Source: Candidatus Woesearchaeota archaeon
GTDB lineage: Archaea; Nanobdellota; Nanobdellia; Woesearchaeales; DSVV01
Assembly: GCA_018657385.1 (NCBI GenBank)
Contig: JABHXF010000023.1
Coordinates: 1,297 to 65,296, forward strand
Direction: 5' to 3'
DNA length: 64,000 nucleotides
The notes under the pieces: generated by a model
What the model was told of the DNA's origin: nothing
Seen by the model: only the letters and a program-made list of their open reading frames with translations
The model's database searches: none
Shown here: in pieces, positions 59,448 through 64,000 of the stretch
Position numbering within the stretch: position 1 is the first letter of the stretch
Layout of the letters: every line of letters begins with the position of its first letter
Program-made: the position numbers and the translations under genes

Positions 59448-60293
59448 ATGGTTAATTATCTTAAAGAATTGAAACAAACTTGGAAATTATATCTAAATAA
59501 TCTTATTGTCTTATTGCCTGCTTTTTTTTCCACTATTGCTTTTTTATTGGTTCTGCTTCTTGCAGGCTTAGAATTTTTATTTATCACTTTATTAGCAACA
59601 GGTTCAACTTTTGTATTTGATAATTTTGTATTCTCTTCTTTAATTATTACTTTAATTGTCTTATTTAGTATTTTTGATCTTGTTTTATTAATTTTAATTA
59701 ATTCCTATTTTGAAGGTATGATTATTGGGATGTTTAAAGATGTTTGTATTAAAAGAAAAACTTCCATGGCTTCGCTTTTACCCTTTGGAAAAAAGTATGT
59801 GTTCACATTATTTAAAATTAGACTATTTAAGTTTTTTATTCTTTCTTTTTTCCCATTAATTATTTTATCAATTATTCCTTCTTTACTATTTATTTTTAAA
59901 AATTACATTTTTGGAATTATTATTACTATTTTATTCAGCTTAATTTTCATTGTATACTCTCTTTTTATTATGTTTGGATTCTTTTTTATCCAACCTATTA
60001 TTACAACAGAAAACAATACTAATCTTTTTTTCTTAGTCAAGAAAAGTTTTACTTATTCTTTTCAAAATCCAACATTAGTTTTTGCAACTTTTGGTGTCGG
60101 TATTGTATTGGGGATTTTAACTAGTATGGCTTTGTTACCTGTAATTATTATTGAGAGGATTATGGCTATTGTCTTTCCCCTTATTATTTTTGTTACTGTC
60201 CCTATTCGAGTAATTGTACAGTTTTTCATTACCTTTTTCGTGGCATTATTTAAATTTAAGGTATATTATTCAGAAAACAAAATTAAAAAGTGA
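59448..60293 (+). CDS. Polytopic membrane protein of unknown function
   Basis: Very hydrophobic, ~6 TM segments; TATA ~25 nt upstream. Confidence 0.7.
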   Translation: MVNYLKELKQTWKLYLNNLIVLLPAFFSTIAFLLVLLLAGLEFLFITLLATGSTFVFDNFVFSSLIITLIVLFSIFDLVLLILINSYFEGMIIGMFKDVCIKRKTSMASLLPFGKKYVFTLFKIRLFKFFILSFFPLIILSIIPSLLFIFKNYIFGIIITILFSLIFIVYSLFIMFGFFFIQPIITTENNTNLFFLVKKSFTYSFQNPTLVFATFGVGIVLGILTSMALLPVIIIERIMAIVFPLIIFVTVPIRVIVQFFITFFVALFKFKVYYSENKIKK

Positions 60294-60348
60294 TTAATCT
60301 ATTCTAATTTTTTAAATTATTAAACTACTATTAGATATATTCAAACAT

Positions 60349-62004
60349 TTACTCCATATCAACTAATTTAAATAACTCACTTAAGTTAAGTTCAAATGCA
60401 CTAACTGGCATATCTAACTCAAAGTTTTCAAGAACTTGCGGGTGCATTTCACCAATTATTGCTACTTTTTTACCATTGACGATTACTCTTCCAACTCTAC
60501 CTTGAATAAATGAAGGATGTTCATAATCAATAATCTTAAACTCTAAATTTAACATTCTTAATAAATAATCTAATATTTGTTTAATCTCTGTATAATCTAT
60601 TGTTTGGTGTGAACTTGCTACTCCTAATCTTGTAAACTCCTCAACATTTGATTCTGCATTTCCTCCTTTTTTAAACACAACACCTATATCATATATTTTT
60701 TGTGGATATTCATAATGTTTATTATGCTTAAATACATTCATTAAGCAAGGTAACATCCATGACCTTAATGTATTATATTCTTCAGTTGTTGGGTTTGATA
60801 GATTCACACACTCTATTTTTGCATTCATTTTTTTAATTTGATCATCTTTGTTGATTAAATGATATGAACAAGTTTCAATTAAACCAAGTCCTACTAATAT
60901 ATTTGCAACTCTGCTCTTGAATGCTTCAAATTTATCTCCTTCTGCAATTGTACTTACTTTGGGTATCTCTTCTTCAAAGTTTTCAAATCCAAATGCAATA
61001 GCAATATCTTCAGCTACATCTATTGCATGCATAACATCTGCCCTATATGCAGGAACTAAGACATTTCCAGATTCATAACCATATCCCATTTTTTCTAAAT
61101 GTTTTTTCATATCTTTTTCTTTTAATTCAAGACCTATTTTTTGATTAACATAATTAACATCAACTTTCATCTTTGTGGGTGTTAAATTAGGTGTTGTAAT
61201 TGTTTTATTTTCATAAACAATGTCCATTGATTCTACTTTTCCACCCATGTCTGCGAAAAGAGCAGCTAATATGTTTAAACCAATTTTTTGATACTCTAAA
61301 TCAAAACCACTAAATTCAATAAATATGTCTGTTGTTTTCTCATTTATTTTTCCAGTTAAATGTGAATTGATAATTGGTGTTAATGACATAATCTTATTAT
61401 CAGAATCTATGAATACGGCAAACTTATTTAATCCCTCAACTAAATGTGCATAATCTCTACCTGCTGGATGCTGACTTAATACTTGTAATCCAGTCATTTC
61501 TTTACTTGCTTCTAATGGTCTGAATTTTATTTCTTTAGGTTTCATTGCCTTGAAATAGATTGGTAATTTAATATTTTCTAATGGATAAATACCAATTGCT
61601 GCTTTTTTTCTATTTCTACAAAAAGTTGTATGTAATTTTTCTTGAACTTGGATAACTTCTCTAATCTTCTCATCGTCAAACTTTAAATTTCTAACAATTG
61701 CACATACAGTGTAGGGTCTTATTTTTTCCATACCTTTTTCAACAATAACTCTTTGTCCTGATTTTTTAATATCGTATTTTCTTAATCCTGTTTTTACACC
61801 AATAAAAGAACTAAATGCTCTTGCAAAACCTTGTTCAGATAACATGTCTGGTCTATTTGGAAATATTTCTACTTGGATTTCATTACCTTCAATTTTTTCT
61901 AGATCTGTTCCTAACATACTTATACGATCTTTTAATTTATCTAAAGGTAATTTTTTTCCTACAAGTTTTTCAAAAACATTTTTGTTTAGTGTTACAGTTG
62001 GCAT
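60349..62004 (-). CDS. pheT: Phenylalanine--tRNA ligase beta subunit
   Basis: MPTV, PNRPDMLS, QEKLH...RNRKKAAIG, YRADVMHAIDVAEDIAIAFG, GEMHPQVL. Confidence 0.97.
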   Translation of the reverse strand: MPTVTLNKNVFEKLVGKKLPLDKLKDRISMLGTDLEKIEGNEIQVEIFPNRPDMLSEQGFARAFSSFIGVKTGLRKYDIKKSGQRVIVEKGMEKIRPYTVCAIVRNLKFDDEKIREVIQVQEKLHTTFCRNRKKAAIGIYPLENIKLPIYFKAMKPKEIKFRPLEASKEMTGLQVLSQHPAGRDYAHLVEGLNKFAVFIDSDNKIMSLTPIINSHLTGKINEKTTDIFIEFSGFDLEYQKIGLNILAALFADMGGKVESMDIVYENKTITTPNLTPTKMKVDVNYVNQKIGLELKEKDMKKHLEKMGYGYESGNVLVPAYRADVMHAIDVAEDIAIAFGFENFEEEIPKVSTIAEGDKFEAFKSRVANILVGLGLIETCSYHLINKDDQIKKMNAKIECVNLSNPTTEEYNTLRSWMLPCLMNVFKHNKHYEYPQKIYDIGVVFKKGGNAESNVEEFTRLGVASSHQTIDYTEIKQILDYLLRMLNLEFKIIDYEHPSFIQGRVGRVIVNGKKVAIIGEMHPQVLENFELDMPVSAFELNLSELFKLVDME

Positions 62005-62040
62005 TTTTTCCCTTTTAATTGTATTTAATTTGATATCTTT

Positions 62041-63588
62041 TTATAATCTCATCCATGCTTTCATCTCTTTTAGTTGTTTTAAATCATTTCTATATAAATC
62101 TCGAATATCTTTGATCTTGTAAGCTGATGTAATCATTCTATCTAATCCTGGTCCCCATGCTAATACTGGAACATCTCTTCCAAGTAATGGTTTAACAACT
62201 TCAGGTCTGAAAATACCTGCTGCTATAAATTCAATCCATTTTTCATGTACGGGATCATAAACATCTCCTTCTAATGATGGCTCTGTATAAGGAAAATAAG
62301 CAGGCCTAAATCTAACCTTAGGGAAACCCATCTTCTTTGCAAACTCTCTTAAATAACCCATTAAATGCTTTAAGTTTGCATTCTCATCTATAACAATTCC
62401 TTCTGTTTGATTAAATTCAAATAAATGTGACCAATCAAGTGTTTCATTTCTAAAACACTTACCAACTGAGAAAAATTTAGCTGGCATTTCAGATTCTTTT
62501 AATTCTGCTAAAGTTTTTGCACTTAAACAAGTTGTATGTGTTCTTAATACATTTCTTTTTGCATCTTCTTTATTCCAATTATAACGCCAACCTCTACTGC
62601 CTGTGGTTCCTCCATTTTCATGAACTGCTTTTACTTGTTCAACTAATTTTTTATTTGGAAGGTTACCTTTTTCAGGATCTTTTATGTAATAAGTGTCTTG
62701 TAATTCTCTAACTGGGTGATCTTGTGCTGTAAATAATGCATCAAAGTTCCAAAATGATGTTGTTAGCATTGGACCAGTCATTTCTTTAAAACCCATGTCT
62801 AACCATATTCGTTGTGCATATTCGATTGCTTGATTGACAAAATGTCTTTTACCTCCACTAATTTGTGGAACATTAATCTTAACATCATATCTTCTAAATG
62901 TTTTTCCTTTCCATTTTCCTGTTTTTAACATTTCAGGTGTTAGTCTATCAACTACTTTAATATTATCTATTCCTGATTTTGCAACTTTTTCTCCTAGTTT
63001 TGTTAATTTTGCTCTAAATGTTCTTACTTTTTGTATAATTACGAATTCTTTTCTTTTTTTGAAGTTATCCAATACAAATTTTTCTTCATCTTTTAATTCT
63101 TCTAGGTTTATTTCTTCTGATAATAATCTTTTTAGAAATAATTCTTCTAATGATTCTTTGTTTAATAATTTTTTACCATGTTCAGTGATAGAAATAATCA
63201 TCTCTTTTCCATCTCTTTTTATATCGATTGCTACTTTTCTTTTTAGAATTCCAATACATGCATTAACTTCATCTCTTTGCAGTTTTGCTTTTTTTGCAAT
63301 TTCATCTAAATTCATTGCTTTGTCTTTGATGGCTTGAATAAATCTTTTTTCAGGCAATCCCTTGCTAGCTGCTTCTTTTCCTGTTTTATCTAATTGTAAA
63401 ACTTCTCTTGCATCTTCTTCAATTTTTACAATCTCTTTATTTTCTAGCCATTGAAATGCTCTCATAACTCCTGCTAATGGTAGTTTTGTTTTTTCAATTA
63501 TTTTATTCAAAGAATCATGCTTAACAAGAATTGGTAAGACTTGTCTTTCTAATGGGTGTAATCCCTCAATAACCTTTTTAATATCCAT
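62041..63588 (-). CDS. pheS: Phenylalanine--tRNA ligase alpha subunit (archaeal long form)
   Basis: FWNFDALF..QDHPVRELQDTYY, LRTHTT, FRNETLD..HLFEF.Q.EG, YFPYTEPS. Confidence 0.97.
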   Translation of the reverse strand: MDIKKVIEGLHPLERQVLPILVKHDSLNKIIEKTKLPLAGVMRAFQWLENKEIVKIEEDAREVLQLDKTGKEAASKGLPEKRFIQAIKDKAMNLDEIAKKAKLQRDEVNACIGILKRKVAIDIKRDGKEMIISITEHGKKLLNKESLEELFLKRLLSEEINLEELKDEEKFVLDNFKKRKEFVIIQKVRTFRAKLTKLGEKVAKSGIDNIKVVDRLTPEMLKTGKWKGKTFRRYDVKINVPQISGGKRHFVNQAIEYAQRIWLDMGFKEMTGPMLTTSFWNFDALFTAQDHPVRELQDTYYIKDPEKGNLPNKKLVEQVKAVHENGGTTGSRGWRYNWNKEDAKRNVLRTHTTCLSAKTLAELKESEMPAKFFSVGKCFRNETLDWSHLFEFNQTEGIVIDENANLKHLMGYLREFAKKMGFPKVRFRPAYFPYTEPSLEGDVYDPVHEKWIEFIAAGIFRPEVVKPLLGRDVPVLAWGPGLDRMITSAYKIKDIRDLYRNDLKQLKEMKAWMRL

Positions 63589-63723
63589 AAGATGTATAAA
63601 CCGATTAGTATTTATAAAAGTTACGAATAGATTAATAGATATATGGTTTTATATACAATATGCTGTTGAAACAAGTTATTTCAAAATTTTAATTAAGAAT
63701 AAAAATAATAAAAAAAGAAGAAA

Positions 63724-64000
63724 TTACTTCTTATAAGGTTTCATGCCTTTCCATGCTAAGTCATACAAATTATACATTGCACTTGCAAAGAATGGTGTGT
63801 TTACCCAAATTCCAATATCGTATGTTGGGTGGACATCTGAATCATCCATAACCATAAAGATTATTTCTTTCCCATCAACAACACAGAATCTTGCTTTTGA
63901 ATCAGTAGTTTTTACTTCTGCAACATCTTTGATTTCTTTCATTGCATTATGGCATTCTTTTGTAATTGGTGCTGCAATTCTAATCTTAACTCCTCTTTTC
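63724..64000 (-). CDS. TrmB-family regulator, C-terminal part (truncated by window edge)
   Basis: Frame is open to the window edge: KRGVKIRIAAP...ARFCVVDGKEIIF...GIWVNTPFFASAMYNLYDLAW. Confidence 0.75.
   Translation of the reverse strand, partial: KRGVKIRIAAPITKECHNAMKEIKDVAEVKTTDSKARFCVVDGKEIIFMVMDDSDVHPTYDIGIWVNTPFFASAMYNLYDLAWKGMKPYKK

Noticed and set aside
892..63337. Numerous 60-170 aa ORFs antisense or out of frame to long genes (e.g. 7130-7606, 38878-39387, 55494-55967, 62834-63337)
   Set aside because: They overlap well-supported genes, have biased shadow compositions and no recognisable motifs
1..64000. Alternative genetic code, inteins, prophage or IS elements
   Set aside because: TAA, TAG and TGA all end conserved genes at expected positions; RFC and FEN1 have normal lengths; no integrase, transposase or capsid motifs, and no att-like duplication of the tRNA 3' end was seen

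Overview
AT-rich archaeal chromosomal segment. The gene content and style point to a DPANN lineage, probably Woesearchaeota/Nanoarchaeota (inference): archaeal S10-spc r-protein supercluster, aIF2-beta, FEN1, RFC, PAN, Trm5, TATA/BRE promoters, and many Cys/Asp-rich surface proteins. (1) 0.2-16.8 kb: cell-surface locus with two very large secreted or membrane-anchored Cys/Asp-rich proteins and six genes with class III (type IV pilin-like) signal peptides. (2) 17-22.5 kb: housekeeping genes plus a SpoIIM/DUF95 protein. (3) 22.7-29.2 kb: four paralogous envelope genes, namely three lipoproteins and one polytopic membrane protein that also carries a degenerate lytic-transglycosylase (SLT)-like domain. 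(4) 29-42 kb: mixed housekeeping genes, a 73-nt dual-K-turn RNA built like a box C/D guide but with non-consensus boxes, and a tRNA-Arg(UCU) interrupted by three BHB introns. (5) 42.4-59.4 kb: L3 to L14e operon behind a ~200-nt structured leader, lacking adk and cmk. (6) pheT/pheS and a truncated TrmB gene. No CRISPR array, rRNA or transposase was seen. All protein calls come from manual motif reading, not database searches.
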